A stretch of DNA of 64,000 nt from Pseudomonadota bacterium (GCA_046734995.1 JBKPSK010000005.1:1150-65149), one strand, 5' to 3'; counted from the stretch's first letter, positions 21,365 through 31,670 are shown. The notes: a model not told the origin generated them from the sequence alone. Made by a program: numbers and translations.

Positions 21365-21393
21365 TAGGTGCCTCCATGCGTCGGAAAGGTTCA
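21365..21393 (-). promoter_or_regulatory. Putative autoregulatory ECF promoter, copy A
   Basis: TGAACC-N16-GCACCTA just upstream of the sigma gene. Confidence 0.55.
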
Positions 21394-21434
21394 TTTCGAT
21401 CCGGGCGGGCAATTACTCCCTTTCCAGACGGACT

Positions 21435-21459
21435 GGAACCACAAGGGGTTGCGGGCGTA
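21435..21459 (+). promoter_or_regulatory. EcfG-like promoter for the sugar dehydrogenase
   Basis: GGAAC-N16-CGTA, one mismatch to GGAAC-N16-CGTT. Confidence 0.45.
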
Positions 21460-21493
21460 GGCTAGGTTCCTCCTCCTGGAATTGGGGCCTCGA

Positions 21494-22606
21494 ATGGGCG
21501 CTCGCTCGATCCAAATTCTCGTCCTGCTTGCGCTTGCGGCCTGCGGCGGCTCGCCTTCGGCAACGGCGCAAGAAGGAAGCAGCCGGCCGCGGCCCTTCAC
21601 CGTCACGCCGGTTGCATCGTTCGACACGCCCTGGGCGATGAGCTTCCTGCCGGGCAGCGGCGTGCCGATAACCAACATGGCGCTGATCAGCGAGCGCGAG
21701 GGGCGGCTGTGGCTGGTCGAAGTCGGCAGCGGCAAGAAGCAGGCCGTGTCCGGCGTGCCCAACGTCGTCGTTGCCGGGCAAGGCGGCCTTGGCGACGTCG
21801 TTCCGTCACCGGACTTCGCGGGCAACCACCGCGTCTATCTGACCTTCGCCGAAGCCGGGCCAAACGGGACCAGCGGTGCGGCTCTGGGCTACGGCACGCT
21901 CGAGCTGGGGAAAGGCGCACCGCGCCTGGTCGGCTTCCGGGTCATCTGGCGGCAACGGCCGAAGGTCGACAGCGACGTCCATTTCTCGCACCGGATCGCA
22001 TTCGCCAAGGACGGCACGATCTTCCTGTCATCAGGCGAGCGCTTCCAGTTTGATCCAGCGCAGGACCCGAACGTCGACCTCGGCAAGATCGTCCATTTGA
22101 CTGCGGAAGGGCAGCCAATCGGCGGGCGGTTTTACACGCTCGGCCATCGCAACGTGCTCGGCCTGGCCTTTGCACCCGACGGCAGGCTGTGGGCGACAGA
22201 GATGGGACCGCGCGGCGGTGACGAGCTCAACCTCATCGAACAGGCCAAGAATTATGGCTGGCCGCTGGCGTCCTATGGCACGCATTACGACGGGCGAGAC
22301 ATCCCCGACGATCATGCCGGCAGAGGTTTTGCCGAACCAAAACTGTGGTGGAACCCGTCCATCTCGCCGGCGGGCCTGATTATCTATTCCGGCGACCTGT
22401 TCCCTGAGTGGAAGGGTGACGCCATCTTCGGCGCCTTGTCAGGACAGGCCCTGCTGCACGCCGACCTTGACGGTGCCAATGCCCGCAAGGCCGACCAATG
22501 GGACATGGGCGCCCGCATCCGCGAGGTGGAGCAGGGACCGAAGGGGGAAGTCTATCTGCTCGAGGACAAGGGCAGGCTGCTGCGGGTCGACCCGGTCCGC
22601 CGGTAG
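21494..22606 (+). CDS. PQQ-dependent sugar dehydrogenase (GSDH/YliI-like) lipoprotein
   Basis: Lipobox LAAC, GQGGLGDV, GHRNVLGL, EMGPRGGDELN, NYGWP, RIREV. Confidence 0.93.
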   Translation: MGARSIQILVLLALAACGGSPSATAQEGSSRPRPFTVTPVASFDTPWAMSFLPGSGVPITNMALISEREGRLWLVEVGSGKKQAVSGVPNVVVAGQGGLGDVVPSPDFAGNHRVYLTFAEAGPNGTSGAALGYGTLELGKGAPRLVGFRVIWRQRPKVDSDVHFSHRIAFAKDGTIFLSSGERFQFDPAQDPNVDLGKIVHLTAEGQPIGGRFYTLGHRNVLGLAFAPDGRLWATEMGPRGGDELNLIEQAKNYGWPLASYGTHYDGRDIPDDHAGRGFAEPKLWWNPSISPAGLIIYSGDLFPEWKGDAIFGALSGQALLHADLDGANARKADQWDMGARIREVEQGPKGEVYLLEDKGRLLRVDPVRR

Positions 22607-23289
22607 CGGAACTGGTGCGGCACGCGGCCTTCGCGGCGGGCCTTGGTGGCGTAGCGGGTTTCGGGCCAGCCGGACGGGTAGCGCAGCCACTCGCCCGGTT
22701 CGGTGACCAGCCATTCGAAGTCGTCGCGCCACCGCTGCATGACCATCAGCGACCAGTTCAAATAGGTCGGGTCGTCGGTAGCCAGTCGCAACTCGCCGCC
22801 GGGCTTCAGCTTGGCGGCGATGAGATCGAGCGGCCCGTCGTTGATCATGCGTCGCTTGGCATGACGCGCCTTCGGCCAAGGATCGGGGTGGAGCAGATAG
22901 ACCATCGTCAGGGACTGGTCGGGCAACCGCCGCAGCACGTCCAAGGCATCGCCCATATGGATGCGGACGTTCGTCAGCCGCTGATCGCGAATATGCCCTA
23001 GTGCAGTGGCGACACCGTTGAGGAACGGCTCGCCGCCGATGAAGCCGTGATCGGGCAGCAGATCGGCGCGGTAAGCGAGGTGCTCGCCGCCGCCGAAGCC
23101 GATTTCCAGATGCAATGGCCGGTCGTCGCCGAACAGCCTCTTGGAGGTCAGCTCGCCTTCCGCGGGCACCGATAATGCCGGAAGCAGTTGGTCGACCAGC
23201 TCCTGCTGGCTCTTGCGCAGCTTGTGCCCGCTCGACCGGCCGTAAAGCCGGTTCAAGGTGGTCGGGTCGCCAGGCTTGTGCGCGGTCAC
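22552..23289 (-). CDS. trmB: tRNA (guanine-N7) methyltransferase
   Basis: LEIGFGGGEH, HPDPWPKARHAKRR, ATD, TRYATKA; follows metK. Confidence 0.96.
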   Translation of the reverse strand: MTAHKPGDPTTLNRLYGRSSGHKLRKSQQELVDQLLPALSVPAEGELTSKRLFGDDRPLHLEIGFGGGEHLAYRADLLPDHGFIGGEPFLNGVATALGHIRDQRLTNVRIHMGDALDVLRRLPDQSLTMVYLLHPDPWPKARHAKRRMINDGPLDLIAAKLKPGGELRLATDDPTYLNWSLMVMQRWRDDFEWLVTEPGEWLRYPSGWPETRYATKARREGRVPHQFRYRRTGSTRSSLPLSSSR

Positions 23290-23350
23290 GCGGCAGCGCC
23301 TACCGGCGATCGTCGCCCAGGTTAAGTCCTCACATTGGTGTCGCGCTGGA

Positions 23351-24595
23351 TCAGGCCAGCGCCGCCTTCAGTTCTTCGACCAGGTCGGTCTTTTCCCACG
23401 GGAAGAAGTCTCCATCGGCCTTCCGCCCGAAATGGCCATAAGCCGCGGTCGGCGCGTAGATCGGCTTGTTGAGCCCGAGATAGGTGCGGATGCCGCGCGG
23501 GGTCAGTCCGCCCAGCTTCTCGATCCGGCCGATTGCCCGTTCCAGCTGGTCGTCGCCGACAGTCCCGGTGCCATGCGTGTCGACGTAGAGCGACAAGGGC
23601 GCGCTGACACCGATCGCATAGGCAAGCTGAATGGTGCAGCGGCGTGCGAGGCCGGCGGCAACGATGTTCTTGGCGAGATAGCGCGCCGCATAAGCGGCCG
23701 AGCGGTCGACCTTGGTCGGGTCCTTACCCGAAAATGCGCCGCCGCCGTGGGGCGCCGCACCGCCATAGGTGTCGACGATGATCTTGCGGCCGGTAAGTCC
23801 CGCGTCGCCGTCCGGCCCGCCGATCTCAAAGGCTCCGGTCGGGTTGATGTGATAGACAATCTCATCGTTCAAAAGATGGGCTGGAAGGACGTCGGCAATC
23901 ACGCCTTTCACATAATCCCGAAGCTGTGCGTAAAGCTCGGGATTGGCATTGTCCCCCTTCTCGGCATAGCCGCGTTTGTGCTGGGTCGAGACGACGATCG
24001 CGGTCGCCGCCGCCGGCTTGCCATTCTCATAGCGAAGCGTGACCTGGCTTTTCGCGTCCGGCTCGAGGAAATCGGCTGCGCCGGAATGGCGATCGGCGGC
24101 CAAGCGCTCGAGGATCTTGTGGCTGTAATAGAGCGTCGCGGGCATGAGCTCCGGCGTCTCGTCGCAGGCGAAGCCGAACATGATGCCCTGGTCGCCCGCG
24201 CCTTCGTCCTTGTTGCCAGCGGCGTCCACGCCCTGCGCGATATGCGCCGATTGGCCATGCAAATGATTCTCGAAACTGGCTGTCTGCCAGTCGAAACCTT
24301 CCTGCTCATAGCCGATGCGATGCACGGTGTGGCGGACCACCTGCTCGATCTCGTCCCTCGCGCCCGGCGCCCATCCGTGCGTATCCTTGAACTTCTCTTC
24401 ATCAAAGACAGGGCGGCATCGGATCTCGCCGCCGATGACGATGCGCTGCGTGGTGACGAGTGTCTCGCAGGCGACGCGTGCCTCGGAATCCTTCGACAGG
24501 AACAGATCGACGAGGGCGTCGGAAATCTGGTCGGCGACCTTGTCTGGATGGCCCTCGGAAACCGATTCGGAGGTGAAGAGATAGCTGCTGCGCAT
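23351..24595 (-). CDS. metK: S-adenosylmethionine synthetase
   Basis: [35 protein letters not shown]. Confidence 0.99.
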   Translation of the reverse strand: MRSSYLFTSESVSEGHPDKVADQISDALVDLFLSKDSEARVACETLVTTQRIVIGGEIRCRPVFDEEKFKDTHGWAPGARDEIEQVVRHTVHRIGYEQEGFDWQTASFENHLHGQSAHIAQGVDAAGNKDEGAGDQGIMFGFACDETPELMPATLYYSHKILERLAADRHSGAADFLEPDAKSQVTLRYENGKPAAATAIVVSTQHKRGYAEKGDNANPELYAQLRDYVKGVIADVLPAHLLNDEIVYHINPTGAFEIGGPDGDAGLTGRKIIVDTYGGAAPHGGGAFSGKDPTKVDRSAAYAARYLAKNIVAAGLARRCTIQLAYAIGVSAPLSLYVDTHGTGTVGDDQLERAIGRIEKLGGLTPRGIRTYLGLNKPIYAPTAAYGHFGRKADGDFFPWEKTDLVEELKAALA

Positions 24596-24613
24596 GGGAG
24601 GCGGTGAGTCCTG

Positions 24614-24633
24614 ATATAAGGAAGTCTTTATAT
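24614..24633. promoter_or_regulatory. Probable SahR operator upstream of metK
   Basis: AT-rich palindrome ATATAAGGAAGTCTTTATAT 18 nt before metK; fits the ATATAAAG-N4-CTTTATAT SahR-type box from memory. Confidence 0.65.
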
Positions 24634-26157
24634 GTCGTCGGCGCTGTAGCGGCGGCTCCGCCCGACCGCAATGCCGGCGATGATGAGCAGGAATCCCAAA
24701 ACCACCGGGATGACGTTTCCGAGCCTGGCAAAGAGCGTTGCCGGCCTAGCCGGTGGAAGCCTGACGTCGATTCGGCCGGCGGCGTGCCAGGGAAGGCTCT
24801 TCAGCAACCGCCCGTCGGCATCGACCACCGCCGAAATGCCGGTCGGCGTGGCGCGGATGACCGGCAGGCCTTCCTCGGCGGCGCGCAGCCGTGCCTGGGC
24901 GAGATGCTGCGGCGGTCCCCAGCGGCCGAACCACGCGTCGTTCGACGGATTGAAGATGAAGTCGGGCCGGTGGTGTGGATCGACGACCTGGCCCGAAAAG
25001 ATGATCTCATAGCAGACCTGGACGCCCATCAGGCCGAAGCCGGGCAGAGCAATGTTGCGCGGACCCGGTCCATCGTTGAAGTCCAGGTCGCCGGGGGCGA
25101 GGCGCGACAGGCCGATGGCCGACAACAGCGGGCGCATCGGCAGGTATTCGCCGTAGGGAACGAGATGCGCCTTGTCGTAGCGGCCCACGATCCGCCCGCC
25201 CGGCGCAATCGCATAGACGCTGTTGGTGGCGCCATCGAGGACCTGGCCAGTGCTGGATTTCAGCCCAATGCCGCCGGTGACGAGCATTTCGCCGGGCCCA
25301 AGTACCAGGGCTGCACGCATCCGCTCGAACCGGGCAAGGATTTGCGCGCGCGGATCGCGCCGCTCGTCGCTGACCGGCTCGGTGATCGCGGCCTCCGGCC
25401 ATAGCAGCAGCCGGGGCTGCGCGCCGCGCGGCAGCGAAAGCATCGCCAGCCGCGCTGCCGCCTCGTCGCCAAAGCCTTCGCGCCATTTGTCCTCCTGGCC
25501 GATGTTGGGCTGGATGATGCGGACCGGCTTCAACTCGTTCGCGGCGAGCGGCTCCTTCGGCCAAAAAAGGGCAGCCGCGAGCGCGATCGCCGCTGCGCCG
25601 GCAAGGGCGGGCTTAAATTCTCGCTTCGTCGCCAGCCACAGCAATCCGCCAATGAGTGCCAAGACGGCAGACAAGCCATAGGTCCCGATGCCGGCGGACA
25701 GGCCGCGCAAGGGAGTAGCGATCAGGGTCACCGCGACGGGATTCCATGCAAAGCCGGTGAACAAGCCAGCGCGAAGCCATTCGGTTAAAGCCCAGGCGCC
25801 AGCCAAGGCGAGCACCAGGGCCAACGGCTTGTCCTTGCCGATCCGCCAGGCGAGGCCTGCGGCAAGCATCGGAAAGACGGCGAGGTAAAGCGACAGCAGC
25901 AGCACCGCCACCCAGCCGAGCCAAGCCGGCATCGCCGCCTGGTAGGTAAAAGCCGTTGCGATCCAGTTGAGTCCGACGACGAACTGGCCGAGCCCGAACA
26001 GCCAGCCGGTGAGCAGCGCCTTTTTGAGCGAACCGGCACGAGCGACCAGCTCGCACAGGCCAAGGAAAGCGAAGGGCATGAGCGGCCACCAGCCGACGGG
26101 CTGGAAGGCGAAAGCGGAGGCGGCGCCGATGCCGAATGCGAATGCGAAATGCTTCAT
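24628..26157 (-). CDS. lnt: Apolipoprotein N-acyltransferase
   Basis: [31 protein letters not shown]. Confidence 0.96.
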   Translation of the reverse strand: MKHFAFAFGIGAASAFAFQPVGWWPLMPFAFLGLCELVARAGSLKKALLTGWLFGLGQFVVGLNWIATAFTYQAAMPAWLGWVAVLLLSLYLAVFPMLAAGLAWRIGKDKPLALVLALAGAWALTEWLRAGLFTGFAWNPVAVTLIATPLRGLSAGIGTYGLSAVLALIGGLLWLATKREFKPALAGAAAIALAAALFWPKEPLAANELKPVRIIQPNIGQEDKWREGFGDEAAARLAMLSLPRGAQPRLLLWPEAAITEPVSDERRDPRAQILARFERMRAALVLGPGEMLVTGGIGLKSSTGQVLDGATNSVYAIAPGGRIVGRYDKAHLVPYGEYLPMRPLLSAIGLSRLAPGDLDFNDGPGPRNIALPGFGLMGVQVCYEIIFSGQVVDPHHRPDFIFNPSNDAWFGRWGPPQHLAQARLRAAEEGLPVIRATPTGISAVVDADGRLLKSLPWHAAGRIDVRLPPARPATLFARLGNVIPVVLGFLLIIAGIAVGRSRRYSADDI

Positions 26158-26210
26158 TGCGCGCACTCGCTAGCCGACAGCAAGCGAAGCGGCTAGCAGG
26201 GTTGCGCAAA

Positions 26211-26630
26211 ATGAACTTGCCGCCCTTCCATCTTGCTTTTCCGGTCGACGACCTCGCCGCGGCGCGCCGTTTCTATGGTGAGCTACTCGGCTGTCCGGAA
26301 GGGCGCAGCGCCGACCATTGGATCGATTTCGACCTCTACGGCCATCAAATTGTTGCCCATCTCGCCCCCGACGCCGTGCGCGCCCGCGCCACTAACCGGG
26401 TCGACGGCGAGGAAGTGCCGGTCCCTCATTTCGGCGCGGTACTGCGCATGAAGGAGTGGGAAGCTTTGGCCGAACGGCTGGTCGAAGGCGGCGTCGAATT
26501 CGTCATCCCGCCGACCGTGCGCTTCGCCGGTCAGCCGGGCGAACAGGCGACCATGTTCTTCCTGGACCCGGCCGGCAATGCGCTGGAATTCAAGGCGATG
26601 GCCGACCCGGCGAAATTGTTCGCGAAGTAA
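26211..26630 (+). CDS. VOC/glyoxalase family protein
   Basis: [32 protein letters not shown]; start set at ATG 26211. Confidence 0.92.
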   Translation: MNLPPFHLAFPVDDLAAARRFYGELLGCPEGRSADHWIDFDLYGHQIVAHLAPDAVRARATNRVDGEEVPVPHFGAVLRMKEWEALAERLVEGGVEFVIPPTVRFAGQPGEQATMFFLDPAGNALEFKAMADPAKLFAK

Positions 26631-26703
26631 AGAACCCTCACCCCAACCCTCTCCCGCAGGCGGGACAGGGAGGAGCGGCGCAGCCGCGGAGGGTGAGGGT
26701 TCT
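26631..26703. repeat. Palindromic intergenic repeat (CCCTC..GAGGG family)
   Basis: 13-bp terminal inverted repeat agaaccctcaccc/gggtgagggttct with inner hairpins, filling a convergent intergenic gap. Confidence 0.85.
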
Positions 26704-27578
26704 TACTTCGGTTGCGCCTCCGGCGCATGCAGCCTTACGCGCAATATGCGACGAGGGTCTGCATCGACCGCCTCGAGCCGCCAGCCGGTGGGATGGATGA
26801 CACACTCGCCCTTGTCGGGGATTTTTCCCGCCAGGAGGAAAACCAGCCCGCCGAGCTTGTCTACCTCATCCTCATCCGACGCGAGGCGGGTATCGACGGC
26901 CAGTGCCAATTCATCGAGCTCCATCCGTGCGTCGGCCTCCCACAAGCCGTCGCCGAGCATCACCAGGCGATTCGCCGTGGCCTCGTCATGCTCATCCTCG
27001 ATATCGCCGACGATCTCCTCGACCACGTCCTCGATGGTCACCAATCCTTCGGTGCCGCCGAACTCGTCGACGATGATGGCAAGGTGCATCCGCTCGCTGC
27101 GCATTCGGGCCAGAAGGTCGAGGACACCCATGGATTCGGGAACGAACAAAGGCGTTCGCATCAGTGCATTCAATGACCGGTCCTGCGACGGATCGCGGCT
27201 GGCGACGAAGACGTCCTTGATGTGGACCATGCCGATGACTTGGTCGAGGCTCTCGCCATAGACCGGCAGGCGGCTGTGCCCGGCCTCGGCGAAGGTCGCC
27301 GCCAGCTCGTTGAAGCTGATGGTGTCCGGCACCGCGACCATGTCGCCGCGCGTGACCGCGATGTCGCCGGCGGTCTGATCGCCGAAGTGGAGCAGGTTGC
27401 GGAGCATGACCCGCTCTTGTGAGCTCAGGTCGCCGGGCTCGGGGCTGGTCTCCTCGGCCTCGTCGATGGCGTCCTCGATCTGGTCGCGGAGCGTCGGCTC
27501 GCGGTCGCCGCCGAAGATTAGCGCCCGCACGCCGCGCCAGAGGCTCGAGCCGCCCTCGTCGTCGTGCCGGGTCGCCAT
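26703..27578 (-). CDS. corC: CorC/HlyC CBS-domain protein
   Basis: GHSRLPVY, IVDEFGGTEGLVTIEDVVEEIVGDIEDEHD; follows ybeY. Confidence 0.9.
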   Translation of the reverse strand: MATRHDDEGGSSLWRGVRALIFGGDREPTLRDQIEDAIDEAEETSPEPGDLSSQERVMLRNLLHFGDQTAGDIAVTRGDMVAVPDTISFNELAATFAEAGHSRLPVYGESLDQVIGMVHIKDVFVASRDPSQDRSLNALMRTPLFVPESMGVLDLLARMRSERMHLAIIVDEFGGTEGLVTIEDVVEEIVGDIEDEHDEATANRLVMLGDGLWEADARMELDELALAVDTRLASDEDEVDKLGGLVFLLAGKIPDKGECVIHPTGWRLEAVDADPRRILRVRLHAPEAQPK

Positions 27579-28084
27579 CAACAAGCCTCGAGATAGGGGT
27601 CGTCGATGCCTAGCCGGGCCAGCGCCTTGACTTCCCGCGCTTCCATGTCGGCGGCGGCGGCGTCGTCGCCATGGTCATAGCCGAGCAGGTGCAAGGTTCC
27701 ATGCACCATCAAGTGCGCGGCATGGCGTTCGACCGGGATATGCTTTTCCTCCGCCTCGCGGACGCAGACGCCGCGGGCAAGAATCATGTCGCCGAGCATC
27801 AATTCGGGCCCGGGACCGGACGAATCCGAAAGCTCGCCCGCCTCGGACATCGGAAAGGAGAGGACGTTGGTCGGCTTGTCCTTGCCGCGCCATTTGGCAT
27901 TCAGCCGTTGCACCTCCTCGTCGCCGGCGAGGCGCACCGACAGCTCGACGACACGCGGGCCCTTGGCCAATTGCGGGAAGGCGCTTTCGGCGATGGCGGC
28001 AGTGACGGCTTTGGCGGCCAGTTCATCCCAGCCGGTGTTACTGTCCCACTCCGGATCGGCGTCGAGGACGATATCGAGCATCAT
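27578..28084 (-). CDS. ybeY: rRNA maturation RNase YbeY
   Basis: DKPTNVLSFP, HLMVHGTLHLLGYDH. Confidence 0.98.
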   Translation of the reverse strand: MMLDIVLDADPEWDSNTGWDELAAKAVTAAIAESAFPQLAKGPRVVELSVRLAGDEEVQRLNAKWRGKDKPTNVLSFPMSEAGELSDSSGPGPELMLGDMILARGVCVREAEEKHIPVERHAAHLMVHGTLHLLGYDHGDDAAAADMEAREVKALARLGIDDPYLEAC

Positions 28085-29103
28085 GCGCGCAGATCTCTTT
28101 TCGCAGACTCGCCTTCATACGCGTCTACGATGCGTCCGACCAGCGGGTGGCGCACCACGTCGGCCGAGGTGAACCGGACGGTGGCGATGTTGCGGATGCC
28201 CTCGAGGCGCGAGACGGCGTCGGCGAGGCCGGAGCGTCCCGGCTCGGGCAGATCGACCTGGTTGGGGTCGCCGCAGATGACCATGCGGCTGCGCATGCCG
28301 AAGCGGGTCAGGAACATCTTCATCTGCAAGGGCGTGGTGTTCTGCGCCTCGTCAAGGATGATGAAGGCATCGTTCAAGGTCCGGCCGCGCATGAATGCCA
28401 GGGGCGCGATCTCGATCTCGCCACTGGCAATGCGGCGTTCGACCTGCTCGGTTGGCAGCATGTCGTAGAGCGCGTCATAGATCGGCCGCAGGTAGGGATC
28501 GACTTTTTCCTTCATGTCGCCGGGCAGGAAGCCGAGGCGCTCGCCGGCCTCGACCGCCGGGCGCGACAGAATCAGGCGGTCGACCTGGCCGCTGATCAAC
28601 ATGGCCACGGCCTGGGCGACGGCGAGATAGGTCTTGCCGGTGCCTGCGGGGCCCAATGCGAACACCATGTCGTCGCGGTTGATCGCTTCCATATAGACGG
28701 TCTGAACCGGGGAGCGCGGGACGATGGTTTTCTTGCGCGTGCGGATCATGACGCGCGGCGGCTGGGCAACCTCCTCACTGATGATTCCGTCGAGCCGTGG
28801 CTGAGATGCCATGCCGATGATCGATTCAACGGCGGCGGCGTCGACGTCATGGCCCTGGTCGAGTCGGTTGTAGAGGCCGAGCAGCACGTCGCGGGCACGG
28901 GCGGCGGCGTCGGGCTCGCCTTCGATCATCACCCGGTTGCCGCGCGCAGCGATGTTCACGCCGAGCCTATCTTCGATCATCACCAGATGGCGGTCATAAT
29001 CACCGAACAAGGGGCCGAGCAGATAAGGCTGCTCGAACTCCAGCTCGAGGCGGGCGCGGCCAGCATCGTTGGCGCCGACGGCGGCGAGGTCGCGCTTGGC
29101 CAT
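28081..29103 (-). CDS. phoH: PhoH family ATPase (YbeZ-like)
   Basis: GPAGTGKTYLA, RPAVEAGERLGFLPGD, LDEAQN. Confidence 0.96.
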   Translation of the reverse strand: MAKRDLAAVGANDAGRARLELEFEQPYLLGPLFGDYDRHLVMIEDRLGVNIAARGNRVMIEGEPDAAARARDVLLGLYNRLDQGHDVDAAAVESIIGMASQPRLDGIISEEVAQPPRVMIRTRKKTIVPRSPVQTVYMEAINRDDMVFALGPAGTGKTYLAVAQAVAMLISGQVDRLILSRPAVEAGERLGFLPGDMKEKVDPYLRPIYDALYDMLPTEQVERRIASGEIEIAPLAFMRGRTLNDAFIILDEAQNTTPLQMKMFLTRFGMRSRMVICGDPNQVDLPEPGRSGLADAVSRLEGIRNIATVRFTSADVVRHPLVGRIVDAYEGESAKRDLRA

Positions 29104-30416
29104 CAGGCGGCGGCCGCGGTGCGGAGCGCGCCACTTAGGCTATTCGGGAAGGCGCTGGTCAAGGTGACGCCGAGCATGGTGCCGATGGCCGCGTCCGTCT
29201 CGACATGGACCGATTGCAGCCAGGGCGACTTGCCGATCATCTGGCCCGCTTGGCGGCCCTTCCGGTCGATCAGGATCTGCGTGTCGTGGCCGACGCATGA
29301 CCGGTTGAAGGCGAGGGAATGTGTGGCGATCCGCTCCTGGAGCTGCTGCAACCGTTCGTTCATTATTTGCGGATCGACCGCTCCTTCCATGACCGCCGCC
29401 GGAGTACCCGGGCGGGCGCTATATTTGAATGAATATGCCGAAGCGTATCCGACCTCATCGACAATGGACAATGTCTGCGTGAAATCTTCGTGACTCTCGC
29501 CGGGGAAGCCGACGATGAAGTCACCGGAAATGGCGATGTCGGGTCGCGCCGCGCGAACCTTCTCGATGGTGCGCAAATAGGATTTGACGCTGTGGCTGCG
29601 GTTCATCGCCTTGAGGATCCGGTCCGAGCCTGACTGCACTGGCAGATGCAGGTAGGGCATCAACTTCTCGACCTCGCCATGAGCGGCGATCAACGCGTCG
29701 GTCATGTCGGCGGGGTGGCTGGTCGTGTAGCGGATGCGTTCGAGCCCATCGATTTTTGCGAGTGCGCGGATCAGCCCGTCGAGGCCTCCGCATGCGCCCT
29801 CCCAGGCATTGACGTTCTGGCCGAGCAGGGTGATCTCGCGCGCTCCGCCCTCGACCAGCGAGCGCGCCTCCGCTTCGATGTCGGCGAACGGCCGGCTGAC
29901 TTCGGCGCCACGCGTGTAGGGGACAACGCAATAGGTGCAGAATTTGTCGCAGCCCTCCTGGACGGTCAGGAAGGCGCTGGATCCAACTTTCCGTCGCGAG
30001 GGCAGCGCACCAAACTTGGAGATCGCCGGCATGTCGGTGTCGACCGGACGGGCGCCAGACAGAGCGTCGGCGATCATCTGCGGCAGCCGGTGATATGCCT
30101 GCGGGCCGACGACAAGGTCGATCATCGGCGAGCGTGCCCTGGCTTCCGCGCCTTCCGCCTGGGCGACGCAGCCGGAGAGCGCGATCATCGGCCGCGAGCC
30201 ATCCTCGCGCTTCAGCCGGCCGACGTCGGAATAGGCCCTTTCAGCGGCCTTTTCACGGATGTGGCAGGTGTTGAGCACCACGAGGTCGGCGTCCTCCTGG
30301 TCGGCGGCTACGCGCATGCCCTGGGCGCCCAGCAGCTCGGCCATGCGCTCGCCGTCGTAGACGTTCATCTGGCAGCCGAAGCTTTTGACTCGAAATGTTT
30401 TCGGGGAATCCCTCAT
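29103..30416 (-). CDS. miaB: tRNA methylthiotransferase MiaB
   Basis: GCQMNVYD, NTCHIREKA, GCDKFCTYCVVPYTRG. Confidence 0.98.
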   Translation of the reverse strand: MRDSPKTFRVKSFGCQMNVYDGERMAELLGAQGMRVAADQEDADLVVLNTCHIREKAAERAYSDVGRLKREDGSRPMIALSGCVAQAEGAEARARSPMIDLVVGPQAYHRLPQMIADALSGARPVDTDMPAISKFGALPSRRKVGSSAFLTVQEGCDKFCTYCVVPYTRGAEVSRPFADIEAEARSLVEGGAREITLLGQNVNAWEGACGGLDGLIRALAKIDGLERIRYTTSHPADMTDALIAAHGEVEKLMPYLHLPVQSGSDRILKAMNRSHSVKSYLRTIEKVRAARPDIAISGDFIVGFPGESHEDFTQTLSIVDEVGYASAYSFKYSARPGTPAAVMEGAVDPQIMNERLQQLQERIATHSLAFNRSCVGHDTQILIDRKGRQAGQMIGKSPWLQSVHVETDAAIGTMLGVTLTSAFPNSLSGALRTAAAA

Positions 30417-30427
30417 GTGCGCGCGGC

Positions 30428-31201
30428 CTATACGCCAGCCGGCCGAATACCGGAAGGCGCGAGCGCCTCGGCAATGGCGTCATGCGCGTGCCTGGCGAGC
30501 AGCTTGCGATCGGCTTCGGGGGCAATTGGGCCGAGCAGGTGGATGCTGACGGGAAAGCGCCCCTTGCGGCCAAGGACGCGCAGGAAATTCGCCACTCCCG
30601 GCTCGCCGGTGCCCCAGCCGATGACCGGCGCCAGCGCGCCATAATCGACAGCTGCAGGCCGAATGACGACTCCTTCCGGCGGCGGCGCGACGGCGGAAAG
30701 CAATGATGGCTTGAACGGCAACAGCTGGCCGCCATCGCCGACGGTCCCTTCCGGGAACAGGGCCAGCGCCTGGCGTCGCTTGAGGCCATCGGCGAGGGAG
30801 GCGACCTGGCCGTGGATCGAACGGCGATCGGCGCGGTCGATGTAGATGGTGTTATTCTGGTCGGCGATCCAGCGCAGGAACGGATGGTCGCGAACCTCCG
30901 CCTTGGAGACGAAGGCGCAGCCGGTCGCGCCGGCGAGGATCGGGATGTCGAGCCAACTGACATGGTTGGCGACGAGCAATGTGCCGCGCGAAGCCGGCGA
31001 GCCATCGCATTTCACGTCGGCGCCCGAGGCCCAGGCTACCCATTTAAGGAATCGCCGCGGCCAGGGAGAGCGGCCGAACTGTTTGGCGACGACATGGATT
31101 GGCGCGCAGAATGCGAAGATCAACAGAAGGCCGACGATACGGCGATAGGCGCGCAGCCGCGAGGAGCGCTCCTCAATGGCCGCGGTCGAGAGCGACGCCA
31201 T
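30428..31201 (-). CDS. Lysophospholipid acyltransferase (PlsC/OlsA family)
   Basis: NHVSWLD, FVSKAE, FPEGT; start uncertain, overlaps the fur end. Confidence 0.9.
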   Translation of the reverse strand: MASLSTAAIEERSSRLRAYRRIVGLLLIFAFCAPIHVVAKQFGRSPWPRRFLKWVAWASGADVKCDGSPASRGTLLVANHVSWLDIPILAGATGCAFVSKAEVRDHPFLRWIADQNNTIYIDRADRRSIHGQVASLADGLKRRQALALFPEGTVGDGGQLLPFKPSLLSAVAPPPEGVVIRPAAVDYGALAPVIGWGTGEPGVANFLRVLGRKGRFPVSIHLLGPIAPEADRKLLARHAHDAIAEALAPSGIRPAGV

Positions 31202-31595
31202 AGAGCTCCATGCGATGATCGACGAGGCGGAAGCCGAGCTTTTCGGCAATCCGTTTCTGAAGCAATTCGAGCTCTTCGTCGACGAATTCGATGACGTTGC
31301 CGGTCTCGACGTCGATCAAATGATCGTGGTGGGCATCCGAGGCGGCCTCGTAGCGAGAACGGCCGTCGCCGAATTCGTGGCGCTCGAGAATCCCGGCTTC
31401 CTCGAACAGGCGCACCGTCCGGTAAACGGTGGCGATCGAGATGTTGGGATCGATCGCCGCGGCGCGGGCGTGCAAGGTTTCGACGTCCGGATGGTCCTCG
31501 CTGTCGCCGAGCACGCGCGCGATCGTCTTGCGCTGTTCGGTGATCCTGAGTCCCTTGTCGGCGCACAGCGCCTCGATGTCGATCTTCCGGGTCAT
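31173..31595 (-). CDS. fur: Fur family regulator
   Basis: GLRITEQR, ISIATVYRT, HHDHLID. Confidence 0.95.
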   Translation of the reverse strand: MTRKIDIEALCADKGLRITEQRKTIARVLGDSEDHPDVETLHARAAAIDPNISIATVYRTVRLFEEAGILERHEFGDGRSRYEAASDAHHDHLIDVETGNVIEFVDEELELLQKRIAEKLGFRLVDHRMELYGVALDRGH

Positions 31596-31670
31596 GGTTT
31601 CTAGTTAGGACGCGGGAGAGCGCGGAGCAATCCGGCTCACAAGAAGCGGACGGCCCCGCGGCCGAATGAC

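Noticed and set aside
17596-23338. aagtcc(t)cacattgg-like strings near 17596 and 23323 resembling the core of the 29-bp repeat
   Set aside because: Only about 8-10 matching bases, which cannot be separated from chance without a genome-wide scan
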